A DNA stretch of 64,000 nt from Blastocatellia bacterium (GTDB lineage Bacteria > Acidobacteriota > Blastocatellia > UBA7656), in assembly GCA_035634255.1 (NCBI GenBank), contig DASQDI010000089.1, forward strand, positions 45,142 to 109,141, written 5' to 3'. The notes under the pieces are model-generated. The model was not told the origin of the DNA. It searched no databases and saw only the letters and a list, made by a program, of their open reading frames with translations. Position numbers and translations under genes: made by a program. Position 1 is the stretch's first letter. The number at the start of each line of letters is the position of its first letter. This document shows, one piece after another, positions 28,627 through 38,371 of this stretch.

Positions 28627-29145
28627 CTATTTCTGCCCGAGCAGATTCCGGATGTCGGCCTCCAGCTGTTGCGTCTTCGCCGGGCCCCCGCCGATGTACT
28701 TTCGATAGACCTTCCAGTCCCTCGTGACGAGGTAAGTGGTCGGGAAGCTGTCCACCCTGAAATCGTACCCGAGGCTGTCTTCGCCCATGAGGATCGTGTA
28801 CTTCATGTTGTGGCGGGAGACGAAAGGCTTGACCTCTTTGGCCTCCCCCGAGGCGAGGGTCACGCCGACGATCTTGACGCCCTGGCTCGCGTACTTCTGC
28901 TGCAACTCGTTGTAGGCGGGTATCTCCTTTATGCACGGGCCGCACCAGGTCGCCCAGAAGTCGACGACCAGTATCGAGCCTTTCATCTCGTCGAGGTGGA
29001 CGGTTTTGCCGTCCAGGTCCGTGAGCTTCGCAGAGATCATGCTTTTCGAATCGTCGGCGGGCGCGCCGGCGAGCGCGGCGCTCTGCGCCGTCAGGGCGGG
29101 CGCGGAGAAGAGGAGCAGACCGGTAAGTAAGATAAATAATTTCAT
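28627..29145 (-). CDS. TlpA/ResA-like periplasmic thiol-disulfide oxidoreductase
   Basis: Start MKLFILLTG (GGAGG RBS) in ORF 28627..29229; signal peptide; WATWCGPC active site. Confidence 0.8.
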   Translation of the reverse strand: MKLFILLTGLLLFSAPALTAQSAALAGAPADDSKSMISAKLTDLDGKTVHLDEMKGSILVVDFWATWCGPCIKEIPAYNELQQKYASQGVKIVGVTLASGEAKEVKPFVSRHNMKYTILMGEDSLGYDFRVDSFPTTYLVTRDWKVYRKYIGGGPAKTQQLEADIRNLLGQK

Positions 29146-29342
29146 TTCGACCTCCGTGAAGTAATGCATCGGCCCCAGGGCCTTTTTATAAGGGATTGGG
29201 TGAGCCGTTCTCGCGAACCCCGCCGGCAATATTAACCCACGGCGGTTGATCCGGGCAATCCTGGTCCGCGCGGAGTCGGGGCCAGCTTGAGAATCTCGAA
29301 TCGATGTAGTAGACTCTCGATGAAATTTTATGGAGGATACCT

Positions 29343-30101
29343 GTGGGCCCTGAATTGAGTCAACTCATTGAGCTCCAGGAACTCGACCTTGAGATACAGC
29401 GTATCACCGACCGCTTATCGGCGATACCGGCGGAACGAGATCACGCAGAGAACGAGTTCAAGAAATACGCGGCCGAGTTCCTGGCACTTAAGAGCAGATA
29501 CGAGCAGACTCTAGAAGACCGGAAGAATCTGGAAACCAGTCTTACTTCCACCCAAGAGCATCACGAGAAATACAAGCAAGACCTGATGCGCGTCCGTAAC
29601 GAGAAGGAGTACAGCACCGCCCTGCGCGAGATCGACGCGACCAAGAAGCAGGCGAGCGCCCTCGAAGGCGAGATTCTCAAAACCATGGAAGAGATTGAGA
29701 AGCTCGAATCGGAGATGAGCGTCTCGACCCCGGACATCGAGCGCAAGCGGGCCGAGGCCGACCTCACTCTCGACGCTCTGGACAAGGAGCGCGAAGAGTC
29801 GAGCGCCAGGCTCGCGGACCTCGGCGGGAAACGGGAGCAGCTCGTCGGGCGGATCCCCCGCCAGAGGCTCGCCACCTACGAGAGGATGAACCGCACTCGG
29901 AGGGGGCAGGCGCTGGCCGAGATCGTGAACGGCATCTGCATCGCTTGCAGGATGAAAGTACGCCCGAAAGTGTTCAGCGACGTCCGCAAGGGCGATCAAC
30001 TGATCACCTGCGAGAGCTGCGGGCGGATACTGTATTATCGTCCCGAGACCCCGCAATCGACCGAGGCGGCGGTGAGCCAGCAAGGTTCGTCCGACCAGTA
30101 G
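29343..30101 (+). CDS. coiled-coil protein with C-terminal C4 zinc ribbon (COG1579-like)
   Basis: GTG start with GGAGG 8 nt upstream; long coiled-coil; CIACRMKV...CESCGRILY zinc ribbon. Confidence 0.7.
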   Translation: MGPELSQLIELQELDLEIQRITDRLSAIPAERDHAENEFKKYAAEFLALKSRYEQTLEDRKNLETSLTSTQEHHEKYKQDLMRVRNEKEYSTALREIDATKKQASALEGEILKTMEEIEKLESEMSVSTPDIERKRAEADLTLDALDKEREESSARLADLGGKREQLVGRIPRQRLATYERMNRTRRGQALAEIVNGICIACRMKVRPKVFSDVRKGDQLITCESCGRILYYRPETPQSTEAAVSQQGSSDQ

Positions 30102-30161
30102 CATCATCAGGTCTCAAGGGTTCGAAATCCCCTCGGGCAGGCCCCGTCGGCAGGTGATTTT

Positions 30162-31052
30162 ATGATTGGATACGCCCCCCAGAAATTGCACATAGACGGA
30201 GTCTCCGAGCTGTGGCTCCGCCCCCCCCAGCCCGAGGCGGACGCGGCAGGCGCGGCCTACCGACCCGCCATGCTCATCGAATGCGGCGTGAACTTCCGCA
30301 GCCTCCGCGCCGGGCTCAACCATTCCGAGGAGCGCACCTACACGGCGTGGCTGCCGGAAGGCGACCTCGCCATCGACTGGGACTCGGCCGCCGTGGAAGA
30401 CCCGAGGCCGCGGATGTCGGCCCAGCCCGATCCTGCCATCGCGTACGCGCCGGGCAACTACGTCACGACCGCCTCCGACTTCGAGCAGTACGAGGCGGAG
30501 CTGATCAACATGCTCGTCCGCACCGAGCGGATAAAGATATTCTTCAACCCCGTCTTCGGCCTCTTCTCCTCGCCCAACGACCGGCTCGAAGACTTCCTCC
30601 CCGGCATCGCCGAGGCCGCGCTCGGCCGCGTCGAGCCGGAGCTGCGGCAGCTCAGGAACCGGTTCGAGTTGCAGCTTGAGCAGATACGCGAAGCCCACCC
30701 GCAGAGGACTTCGCCTCAAAAGAACCTGAGCTTCGAAAGCATAATCTCCCACAAGCTCCACCTGTTCGAAAGCGAGCACCGCCTCGCGGCCATGTTCTCC
30801 ACGCTCGCCGGGGCCGTCTTCGGGACCACGGAGCCGCGCGCCCACACGGAGGTCTACGAGCCGGACGAGGCCGAGCTGCGCGAGGACCTCTTTCACGTGG
30901 AGCAGGAAGCGAGCTCGGCCCTGCGCACGCTCTACGGCGAATACCTGACCCTCGCGAACGAGTACGACACGTTCGAGATAGGGCTCCAGCCGGACAACAT
31001 TCAGGTGATCCGCCGCGCCCTGTTGTGGGTGCCCGTGGAGACTGAGAATTAA
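30162..31052 (+). CDS. hypothetical protein (296 aa)
   Basis: Long ORF with consistent codon usage; no motif recognised. Confidence 0.55.
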   Translation: MIGYAPQKLHIDGVSELWLRPPQPEADAAGAAYRPAMLIECGVNFRSLRAGLNHSEERTYTAWLPEGDLAIDWDSAAVEDPRPRMSAQPDPAIAYAPGNYVTTASDFEQYEAELINMLVRTERIKIFFNPVFGLFSSPNDRLEDFLPGIAEAALGRVEPELRQLRNRFELQLEQIREAHPQRTSPQKNLSFESIISHKLHLFESEHRLAAMFSTLAGAVFGTTEPRAHTEVYEPDEAELREDLFHVEQEASSALRTLYGEYLTLANEYDTFEIGLQPDNIQVIRRALLWVPVETEN

Positions 31053-31168
31053 TCCGCCCGACCGGCTCCGACCTTTTCGCCAGGCCGCGGTTGATCTATC
31101 CGAACCATCTCCGTTTGATTATACTGTCTAGCGACGGCTGATTTCAGATTTCTTCGGAGGCTTAGTTT

Positions 31169-32038
31169 GTGGGGCAGAGACCACCCGCGCGAATCGGCAT
31201 CATCACCAAGCCCAACGAGCCCCGCGCAGCCCTCCTGGCCGCCCGCATCGCGGACTGGGCCACCGACCACGAGATAAACCTCTTCGTAAGCGACAGGGTC
31301 CCGGACCTCCCGCCCGGCACCTTCTCCGCGACCGACCCGGAGATAGCGGAGAGCTGCGACCTGCTGGTCGTCCTCGGGGGCGACGGGACGATGATCGCCA
31401 CCGCGAGGCTCGTCGCGGGGCGGGGCACGCCCGTCCTGGGGGTCAACCTCGGCACTCTGGGGTACCTGACGGAGTTCGCGCCCGAAGACGTGATCCCGGC
31501 CCTCGAATACGTGACGCACGGCGATTACGAGGTGGAGCGCCGGACGATGCTCGACTGGGCCGTGCTCCGCAGCCAGTCGCCCCTCGTGGAGGGGACGGTG
31601 CTCAACGACGTGGTCGTCAACAAGTCGGCGATCTCCCGGATAATCGAGATCGACTTCACGGTTGGCATACACTACGTCACGACCTACCGCGCGGACGGCC
31701 TCATCGTCGCCACGCAGACCGGCTCGACCGCCTACAACGTCTCGGCCGGCGGGCCGATCATCGCCCCCGGCACCGAGGCGATCTCCATCTGCCCCATCTG
31801 CCCGCACACCCTGACCAACCGGCCCCTCGTCCTGCCGCACGACGCGCTGATCAAGCTCCACATAAAGACGCGCGAGCAGGAGGTCATGCTCACGGCCGAC
31901 GGGCAGACGGGCGTGCCCCTGGAGCCGGGCGACACGGTGTTGATAAAGAAGAGCGCGCGGACTCTGAACACGGTCGTTGCGAAGGACAGGAACTACTTCG
32001 ACATTCTGAGGAGCAAACTGAAGTGGGGCGGACGCTGA
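31169..32038 (+). CDS. nadK: NAD kinase
   Basis: 289 aa; GGDGT motif (LLVVLGGDGTMI), NLGTLGYL, DGLIVATQTGSTAY. Confidence 0.85.
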   Translation: MGQRPPARIGIITKPNEPRAALLAARIADWATDHEINLFVSDRVPDLPPGTFSATDPEIAESCDLLVVLGGDGTMIATARLVAGRGTPVLGVNLGTLGYLTEFAPEDVIPALEYVTHGDYEVERRTMLDWAVLRSQSPLVEGTVLNDVVVNKSAISRIIEIDFTVGIHYVTTYRADGLIVATQTGSTAYNVSAGGPIIAPGTEAISICPICPHTLTNRPLVLPHDALIKLHIKTREQEVMLTADGQTGVPLEPGDTVLIKKSARTLNTVVAKDRNYFDILRSKLKWGGR

Positions 32039-32098
32039 ACCATGAAAGGCACGGGCTGAGCGGGGTCTGCCTCCGGTGTCTTTAATAACGGGGCAAAC

Positions 32099-32836
32099 AT
32101 GCTGATACCTATCTCCGACGACAACGTGGGCAGGCACAGGACGCCTTATGTCGTCTACACCATCATCGCCATAAACGTTCTGGTCTTCTTCATGCAGCTC
32201 ACGGGGGGCGACGCCTTCACGTCGGCCTACGCCGCGATCCCCTACGAGATCACGACGGGCGTGGACCTCACGCGGCCCGTGCGGGTGCCGGGCGTGGGAG
32301 ACATCCCCCAGGCCCCCGGCCCGTCCCCCATCTACCTGACCCTACTCATGTCGATGTTCATGCACGGCGGCTGGATGCACATAATAGGGAACATGCTCTA
32401 CCTCTGGGTGTTCGGGGACAACATCGAAGACAACTTCGGCCACGGGAAGTTCGCGTTCTTCTACATCGTGTGCGGCATCGCGGCCTCCCTCGCGCACATC
32501 GCCGTCGACCCGGAATCGGTCATACCGACCGTCGGCGCGTCGGGCGCTATCGCCGGGGTGCTCGGCTCGTACCTCGTCATGTTCCCGCGCAACCGCGTCA
32601 GGTCGATCCTGCCTCTGGGCATCATCTGGACGACCGTGGAGCTGCCGGCCGTGGCCGTCCTCGGCTTCTGGATAGTGCTACAGATCATCAGCCAGTACAC
32701 GGCCTTCACCAACACCAACATGTCGCAGGGGGGCGGCGTCGCTTACATGGCCCACATCGGGGGCTTCGTCGTCGGGGTGGTCCTCACTTTTCTTTTCCGC
32801 CGCAGGGTCGCGCCCCGGAATTACCGGGAGCAGTGA
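32099..32836 (+). CDS. rhomboid-family intramembrane serine protease
   Basis: 245 aa; six TM segments; GASGAIAGVLG (GxSG) and conserved His in MHIGGFVVG. Confidence 0.85.
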   Translation: MLIPISDDNVGRHRTPYVVYTIIAINVLVFFMQLTGGDAFTSAYAAIPYEITTGVDLTRPVRVPGVGDIPQAPGPSPIYLTLLMSMFMHGGWMHIIGNMLYLWVFGDNIEDNFGHGKFAFFYIVCGIAASLAHIAVDPESVIPTVGASGAIAGVLGSYLVMFPRNRVRSILPLGIIWTTVELPAVAVLGFWIVLQIISQYTAFTNTNMSQGGGVAYMAHIGGFVVGVVLTFLFRRRVAPRNYREQ

Positions 32837-32867
32837 CCGCGGGCCGCGAGAGAGTCTGGAAGTATTT

Positions 32868-33638
32868 ATGATAGTGCTCGACAACCTGACGAAGATGTAC
32901 GGCGACAAAGCCGCGGTGGATCACGTCAGCATGACGATACCTTCGGGGCAGCTGGTCGGCTACCTGGGGCCGAACGGCGCGGGCAAATCGACCACCGTGA
33001 AGATGCTCACGGGGATGATCGCGCAGACCTCGGGGAGCGCGGAAATCTACGGGCTCGACATCAGGAAAGACAGCCTCGAAATAAAGCGCATGATCGGGTA
33101 CGTGCCCGACTCGGGCGCGGTCTACGAGACGCTCTCCGCGCGCGAGTACCTCGAAATGGTGGGGCGGCTCTACGGCCTGGACGACAGGCTCATCCACGAC
33201 CGGATAGCGAAATTCGGGGACTTTTTCGAGATCGACCGGGACACCCTCGACCGCAAGCTGCTCTCCGCCTACTCGAAGGGCATGCGGCAGAAGGTCGTCA
33301 TCTCCGCCGCGCTGATACACAACCCGCGCGTGATCTTTTTCGACGAGCCGCTAAACGGGCTCGACGCCAGCACGCAGCTGATGTTCAAGACCCTGATCAA
33401 GAACCTCGCGGCCGAGGGGAAGACGATCTTTTACTGCTCGCACATACTCGACGTGGTCGAGCGAACGTGCGACCGCATAGTGATAATAGATCACGGCCGC
33501 GTCGTCGCCGACGGCACGCTGACCGAGCTCCAGGCCGCGAGCGGGGAGGGGTCTCTGGAACGCATATTCAACAAGCTCACGTCGCATACCAACCTGGAAG
33601 AGCGCGCCGAGGAGTTCTCGAAGACCTTCACCTTCTGA
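32868..33638 (+). CDS. ABC transporter ATP-binding protein
   Basis: Walker A GPNGAGKST, signature LSAYSKGMRQK, Walker B IFFDEP. Confidence 0.9.
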   Translation: MIVLDNLTKMYGDKAAVDHVSMTIPSGQLVGYLGPNGAGKSTTVKMLTGMIAQTSGSAEIYGLDIRKDSLEIKRMIGYVPDSGAVYETLSAREYLEMVGRLYGLDDRLIHDRIAKFGDFFEIDRDTLDRKLLSAYSKGMRQKVVISAALIHNPRVIFFDEPLNGLDASTQLMFKTLIKNLAAEGKTIFYCSHILDVVERTCDRIVIIDHGRVVADGTLTELQAASGEGSLERIFNKLTSHTNLEERAEEFSKTFTF

Positions 33639-35344
33639 TGCAGATCGGCAGAGACATGAACCGTTGGCTTTTGAAGCGGGGCCTGAACTCCTCGCAGCTG
33701 AAGGCCCTGCTGATCGTCTACCTGAAGCAGGACCTCCGCGGGGGCAAGAGCCTCGTCAACTCGAACAAGGGCGATTACATAAAATCGAACTGGTCCCTGC
33801 TGATGATCGCGGTCCTCTACGCGGTATTCGGGCTGACCGTGGCGGTGGTCGCCCTGACGGACGCGGACGTCTTCGCCTACTCGATGTTAGCCCTGAGCTT
33901 CACTTTCTTCATAGCCCTGCTCGGGATCCTCGCCGAATCCGGCAACGTGATCTTCGACGAGACGGAGGCGGACGTGATAGGGCACCTGCCCATCAGCTCG
34001 GTCACCTACTTCGCGGCGAAGGTGCTGAACCTTTTCCTCTTCACCCTGCTGATCGCGCTCCCGGCGAGCTTCTTCCCCGCGGTCTTCGGCATGTGGGCCA
34101 TGCGCTCGAACCCGAGCTTCGTCCTCGCCCACGCGGTCTCCGCCACCCTGATGGCCCTGATGGCCACGGCCCTGATCGTCATAAGCTACGGGCTACTGAT
34201 GCGCTTCGTCAGCAAAGAGCGGTTCGACAATATAATCGCGTACAGCCAGGGCGCGCTCGCGCTCTTCTTCATGCTCGGGTACCAGATCGTGCCGCGGATC
34301 GCGGGGAGCCATGAAATACTCACGTCCTCCACCGTCTCGTGGTATCACTTCCTCTACCCGCCCGCCTGGTTCGCGGGCCTCACCATGCTGATGATGGGGC
34401 GCGGCGACCCGAAGGCGGCCCTGCTCGCCCTGACGGGCCTGGGCGCGCTCGCGATCCTGGGCACGCTCGCTTTCCGCAAGATCGCCGGCGGCTACAGCTC
34501 TTTCCTCTCCCGGATTTCACCCGGAGTCAGGAAGGCCGGGGCGCGTCAGGAAGAGAGGGCGTCGAAAAGATCGAGAGCGCGGAGGCGCGGGCTGCTCTAT
34601 GGCCTGAAGGCCGCGGCCCTGCGGCGGCCCGCCGAGCGCGCGGTCTTCGATCTGGTCTCGCTCTACCTGAGGCGGGACCGCGAGATCAAGGTCCGCCTCT
34701 ACCCTTCCCTCACCTACGCCGTGGTCTTCCCGATCCTCGCGCTCATCAGCGAAGGGTTGCCCGACCCCTTCGCGACCGCCGAGGTCAGCTTTTACGGACT
34801 GCTCGGGGCCGCGATGGTCTGCTTCAGCGGCCTCTCCGCCGTCGAAGTGCTCGTCTTTTCCGCCCACTACCGCTCGGCCTACATCTTCAAGGTCACCCCC
34901 ATCGGCAGGCGCGGAGACATCCACGGGGGTATCAGGAAGGCCATCTTCATCAACATCGCCCTGCCGAGCTTTCTGGCCCTGCTCATTTTATTCGGGTTCA
35001 TCTGGCGCAACCCGCTCCATGCTCTTTTAGTGCTGATCCCGTGGGTCATCATAACGCCGGTGGTTCTGCTCGTGCCGTTCACCCGGCGGGTGGTGCTCCC
35101 GCTCTCGCGCAAATACCAGAAGGGCCAGCAGTCCGCGCGCAACCTCCTGGTCTTCCTCTCGTCGTTCGTGGGGCTCTCCGTCGTCACCGTGTTCCAGATC
35201 GCGAGCCTGAAGGGGCACATGCCTTACTGGAGTTTCCTGCTGATCGTGGCCCTCGCCGCGCCCCTCGCCCATTTCATCCTGACCAGGGTCAACGGGGAGG
35301 CCGAGCCCCTGCGACAGGAAGACGGCTCGAACGAGGGCGGTTGA
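33638..35344 (+). CDS. ABC transporter permease (large polytopic membrane protein)
   Basis: Start ATG 33638 overlaps the ATPase TGA stop (TGATG); about 12 hydrophobic helices. Confidence 0.75.
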   Translation: MQIGRDMNRWLLKRGLNSSQLKALLIVYLKQDLRGGKSLVNSNKGDYIKSNWSLLMIAVLYAVFGLTVAVVALTDADVFAYSMLALSFTFFIALLGILAESGNVIFDETEADVIGHLPISSVTYFAAKVLNLFLFTLLIALPASFFPAVFGMWAMRSNPSFVLAHAVSATLMALMATALIVISYGLLMRFVSKERFDNIIAYSQGALALFFMLGYQIVPRIAGSHEILTSSTVSWYHFLYPPAWFAGLTMLMMGRGDPKAALLALTGLGALAILGTLAFRKIAGGYSSFLSRISPGVRKAGARQEERASKRSRARRRGLLYGLKAAALRRPAERAVFDLVSLYLRRDREIKVRLYPSLTYAVVFPILALISEGLPDPFATAEVSFYGLLGAAMVCFSGLSAVEVLVFSAHYRSAYIFKVTPIGRRGDIHGGIRKAIFINIALPSFLALLILFGFIWRNPLHALLVLIPWVIITPVVLLVPFTRRVVLPLSRKYQKGQQSARNLLVFLSSFVGLSVVTVFQIASLKGHMPYWSFLLIVALAAPLAHFILTRVNGEAEPLRQEDGSNEGG

Positions 35345-35496
35345 AGCCGCCGCGGCCGGGCTGCTAAACTTTCGCTTTGTCCGCGCGGGCCGACCCAGAT
35401 CCTTGCGCACGCATCCGGCCCCGCATCCCTGAAACCTGGCCGCGAGCGGCCAGTTAAAACCTCTCTGATATACCGGAGGGGAAAAAGGAGAGCAGT

Positions 35497-35922
35497 ATGA
35501 AGACTGAAGTTTTGGAATACTCCGGGCTCGTGATCGAAGAGACCCCGCCCGAAGAGATGAACCTCCACCCGCTCGACACCTTCGAGTACAAGTACAAGGG
35601 GAAGGATACGGTCGTCTCTTTCACCTGCCCGGAATTCACGGCCATATGCCCGTTCTCTGACTTCCCGGATTTCGCCACCATAAAGATCGAGTACGTGCCC
35701 GACGAGCTGTGCGTCGAGCTTAAATCGCTCAAGCTCTACATAAACTCCTTCAGGAACGTGAAGATATTTCACGAGCACGTGGTCAACCGCATCATCGACG
35801 ACTTCGTCCGCGCATGCGACCCCGTCTCGGTCAGTCTGGAAGGCGACTTCAACGTCCGCGGCAACATCAAGACCGTGATCCGGGCGAGCTATAAAAGGGG
35901 GCGGCAGGATTCTGTGAAGTGA
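35497..35922 (+). CDS. queF: NADPH-dependent 7-cyano-7-deazaguanine (preQ0) reductase
   Basis: 141 aa; [16 protein letters not shown] and ELKSLKLY motifs of unimodular QueF. Confidence 0.85.
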   Translation: MKTEVLEYSGLVIEETPPEEMNLHPLDTFEYKYKGKDTVVSFTCPEFTAICPFSDFPDFATIKIEYVPDELCVELKSLKLYINSFRNVKIFHEHVVNRIIDDFVRACDPVSVSLEGDFNVRGNIKTVIRASYKRGRQDSVK

Positions 35923-35951
35923 ATCTCGAATGACTCACGGGGGCTCACGCC

Positions 35952-36260
35952 ATGGAGATGGAGAAGTCTTATTACGTCGTCACCTACAAGCCCGCGTACC
36001 TTGAGCTCGTGCGCGAGCGGGCGGAGCGCGCCGACTCGCCCGACTTCGACGAGCCCGCTTTCGAGCGCGTCGTGGTCGCGATCACGCAGGGCGGGTTCGG
36101 GCAGGACGTGGTCGACGACGAGCGGCAGGTGAAGGAGAGGTTCATCGAGTACCTCTTCCATTCGGGCGACATCGACCTGCCGCGCTCGCCGGAAAGCTTT
36201 GACCAGTATTTCGGGCTTGAGCCGGTCGACGAGTTCGTAGACCTCGACGAAGAGGCGTGA
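35952..36260 (+). CDS. small acidic hypothetical protein
   Basis: 102-aa ORF between queF and the glycosylase gene. Confidence 0.45.
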   Translation: MEMEKSYYVVTYKPAYLELVRERAERADSPDFDEPAFERVVVAITQGGFGQDVVDDERQVKERFIEYLFHSGDIDLPRSPESFDQYFGLEPVDEFVDLDEEA

Positions 36261-36276
36261 CCGCGGAATTGACCTG

Positions 36277-37158
36277 ATGAAGATCACTATCGAGACCCCG
36301 CGCAATTTCAGCTTCAGGCGGACGGCCCTGAGCCACGGCTGGTACGACCTCCCCCCGTTCGGGTTCGATCAAAGCAGCTGGACCCTGACGAGGGTGATAG
36401 CGCTCGGCGAAGACCGGGCCGTCTCGGTAGAGATCACGGGCGCGAAGGGCGCGGTCGTCGCGAGCGTTCCGGGCAGGCCGGGCAAGCGCGACGCGGGGAA
36501 GATCACGCGCGACGTGCGGCACATGCTAAGGCTCGACGACGACATGTCACCGTTTTATTCGGCCGTGCGCCGCGAGCCGGATTTCAAGTGGATCGCGCAG
36601 GCGGGCGCGGGCCGCCTGCTCCGCTCCCCCACAGTCTTCGAAGACCTGGTGAAGACCATCTGCACGACGAACTGCTCATGGGCTTTGACGAAGAAGATGG
36701 TCGAGGGGCTGGTGAGCGCCCTCGGCCCGCGGTCGAGCGACGGGCGGCGCGCCTTCCCGACGCCCGAGGCGATGGCGGGCGCGCCGGACGAGTTTTACCG
36801 CGATGTCGTGCGGGCCGGTTACCGCGCGCCTTATCTTAAGGAACTGGCACAGCGCGCGGCGTCGGGGGAGCTGGACGTTGAAGGGTGGCTCGCGAGCGGC
36901 CTGGATTCCGACTCGCTCAAACGCGAGATGAAGAAGGTCAAGGGCGCGGGCGATTACGCGGCGGAAAATCTCCTGAGGCTCGTCGGGCGGTACGAAGGGC
37001 TCGCCCTGGATTCGTGGGTTCGGGCGAAGTTCGCGCGGACGCACAACGGCGGGGAGGCGGCGGCCGACCATCAGATCGAGGGTTACTACTCGCGCTTCGG
37101 GCCGTGGCGCGGGCTCGCGCTCTGGTGCGACATGACTCGCGACTGGCTCGAAGAATAA
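36277..37158 (+). CDS. HhH-GPD DNA glycosylase (AlkA/Ogg-like)
   Basis: 293 aa; HhH-GPD region VKGAGDYAAENLLRL with catalytic Asp. Confidence 0.7.
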   Translation: MKITIETPRNFSFRRTALSHGWYDLPPFGFDQSSWTLTRVIALGEDRAVSVEITGAKGAVVASVPGRPGKRDAGKITRDVRHMLRLDDDMSPFYSAVRREPDFKWIAQAGAGRLLRSPTVFEDLVKTICTTNCSWALTKKMVEGLVSALGPRSSDGRRAFPTPEAMAGAPDEFYRDVVRAGYRAPYLKELAQRAASGELDVEGWLASGLDSDSLKREMKKVKGAGDYAAENLLRLVGRYEGLALDSWVRAKFARTHNGGEAAADHQIEGYYSRFGPWRGLALWCDMTRDWLEE

Positions 37159-37187
37159 GTCAAAGTGGAATAGTTTGAAGCCGAATA

Positions 37188-37226
37188 GGCCAAAGCCGAA
37201 CGGTTTGCAGCCGTTCGGCTTTGGCC
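37188..37226. terminator. bidirectional hairpin between convergent glycosylase and nth genes
   Basis: GGCCAAAGCCGAACGG-tttgcag-CCGTTCGGCTTTGGCC, 16-bp perfect stem. Confidence 0.55.
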
Positions 37227-37234
37227 TACGACCT

Positions 37235-37930
37235 TCAGGCCGCCGGGGTCTTGAGCAGGGACGAAGGGCAGAGGCTTTCGAGCACGCATTCCGAGCACTG
37301 CGGCAGGCGGGCCTTGCAGACGTTTCGCCCGTGATATATCAGCAGGTGCGAGAAATCCACCCAGTCCTTTTTCGGCACAAGCTCGGCCAGGTCGCGCTCG
37401 ATCTTTTCAGGGTTATCGTGCTCCGTGAGCCCGAGGCGCTGGCTCAGGCGAGAGACGTGCGTGTCCACGACCACCCCCGAAGCGACTCCGAAGGCGTTAC
37501 CCATGACCACGTTCGCGGTCTTTCGCGCGACCCCCGGCAATTCGAGCAGGTCCTCGAACCGATCGGGCACGCGGCCCCCGAACCGCTCGATTATCATGCG
37601 GCACGTTCCCTGAATCGACTTCGCCTTGTTGTGGAAGAAGCCCGTCGAGCGAATGTCCTGCTCAAGCTCTTCCAGGGGGACATTCAGGTAGTCCTGGGCC
37701 GAGCGGTATTTCCTGAACAGGTCCGCGGTCACCATGTTCACGCGCTCGTCCGTGCACTGCGCGGAGAGTATCGTCGCCAGCAGCAGTTCGAGAGGGGTGG
37801 AATGATTGAGGCTGCAATGCGCGTCCGGGTACTGCCTCCTGAGCAGGCGGATTATCTTGCGCGTCCTTTGCTTCTCGTCAGAGTCCTGGTCTGTCTGTCG
37901 CATAATCCTCGGCGTCGGCGTTCGTATCAT
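37235..37930 (-). CDS. nth: endonuclease III
   Basis: ORF 37235..37948, start ambiguous (37948/37930/37903); LPGVARKTANVV HhH-GPD; C-terminal [4Fe-4S] CKARLPQCSECVLESLC. Confidence 0.85.
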   Translation of the reverse strand: MIRTPTPRIMRQTDQDSDEKQRTRKIIRLLRRQYPDAHCSLNHSTPLELLLATILSAQCTDERVNMVTADLFRKYRSAQDYLNVPLEELEQDIRSTGFFHNKAKSIQGTCRMIIERFGGRVPDRFEDLLELPGVARKTANVVMGNAFGVASGVVVDTHVSRLSQRLGLTEHDNPEKIERDLAELVPKKDWVDFSHLLIYHGRNVCKARLPQCSECVLESLCPSSLLKTPAA

Positions 37931-37934
37931 CAAC

Positions 37935-38330
37935 TCACCCAAGCTCAAGCTTGAGCCCGAGCTCGTCGCAGAACTTCTTCAGCTTTCGGACCCTCTTGCC
38001 CGACGGGTGCTCAAGCCTGATCGAGTCATTAATCGAATTCTTATCTACCATCGGATGGGCCCCGTTAAGCCACAGCACCACGGTCCCTTTTGGGAGTTTG
38101 CGAAGCTCGGCCCTGATCGCGTCCATGCCCTTATGGACCACCTGGCCGGAAGTGATCTCCTGGTACGTTTTAGAGCGGTTGGTCCCCGGCACGAGCACGA
38201 AGCTCCAGCCCCCATCGCCCTTCCAGCTGTACATCTCGTAGCCCTTCATCGGGGCTTTTGGAGCCTGACCGAAGGCCGCCATCGCGACCATAAGCATGAA
38301 GGCAGCGGCCATCATCTGTTTGCGGAACAT
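37935..38330 (-). CDS. secreted hypothetical protein
   Basis: 131 aa; signal peptide AAFMLMVAMAAFGQA. Confidence 0.55.
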   Translation of the reverse strand: MFRKQMMAAAFMLMVAMAAFGQAPKAPMKGYEMYSWKGDGGWSFVLVPGTNRSKTYQEITSGQVVHKGMDAIRAELRKLPKGTVVLWLNGAHPMVDKNSINDSIRLEHPSGKRVRKLKKFCDELGLKLELG

Positions 38331-38371
38331 CTAATCCCTCCCTGCGGGCCCGTCACTCGCGAGCATTCGTG

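Noticed and set aside
35345-35496. Possible preQ1 riboswitch upstream of queF
   Set aside because: The CCTCTC...GGAGGGG hairpin and A-rich tail only loosely resemble preQ1-I, and queF alone is not a typical riboswitch-controlled unit; no convincing consensus match.
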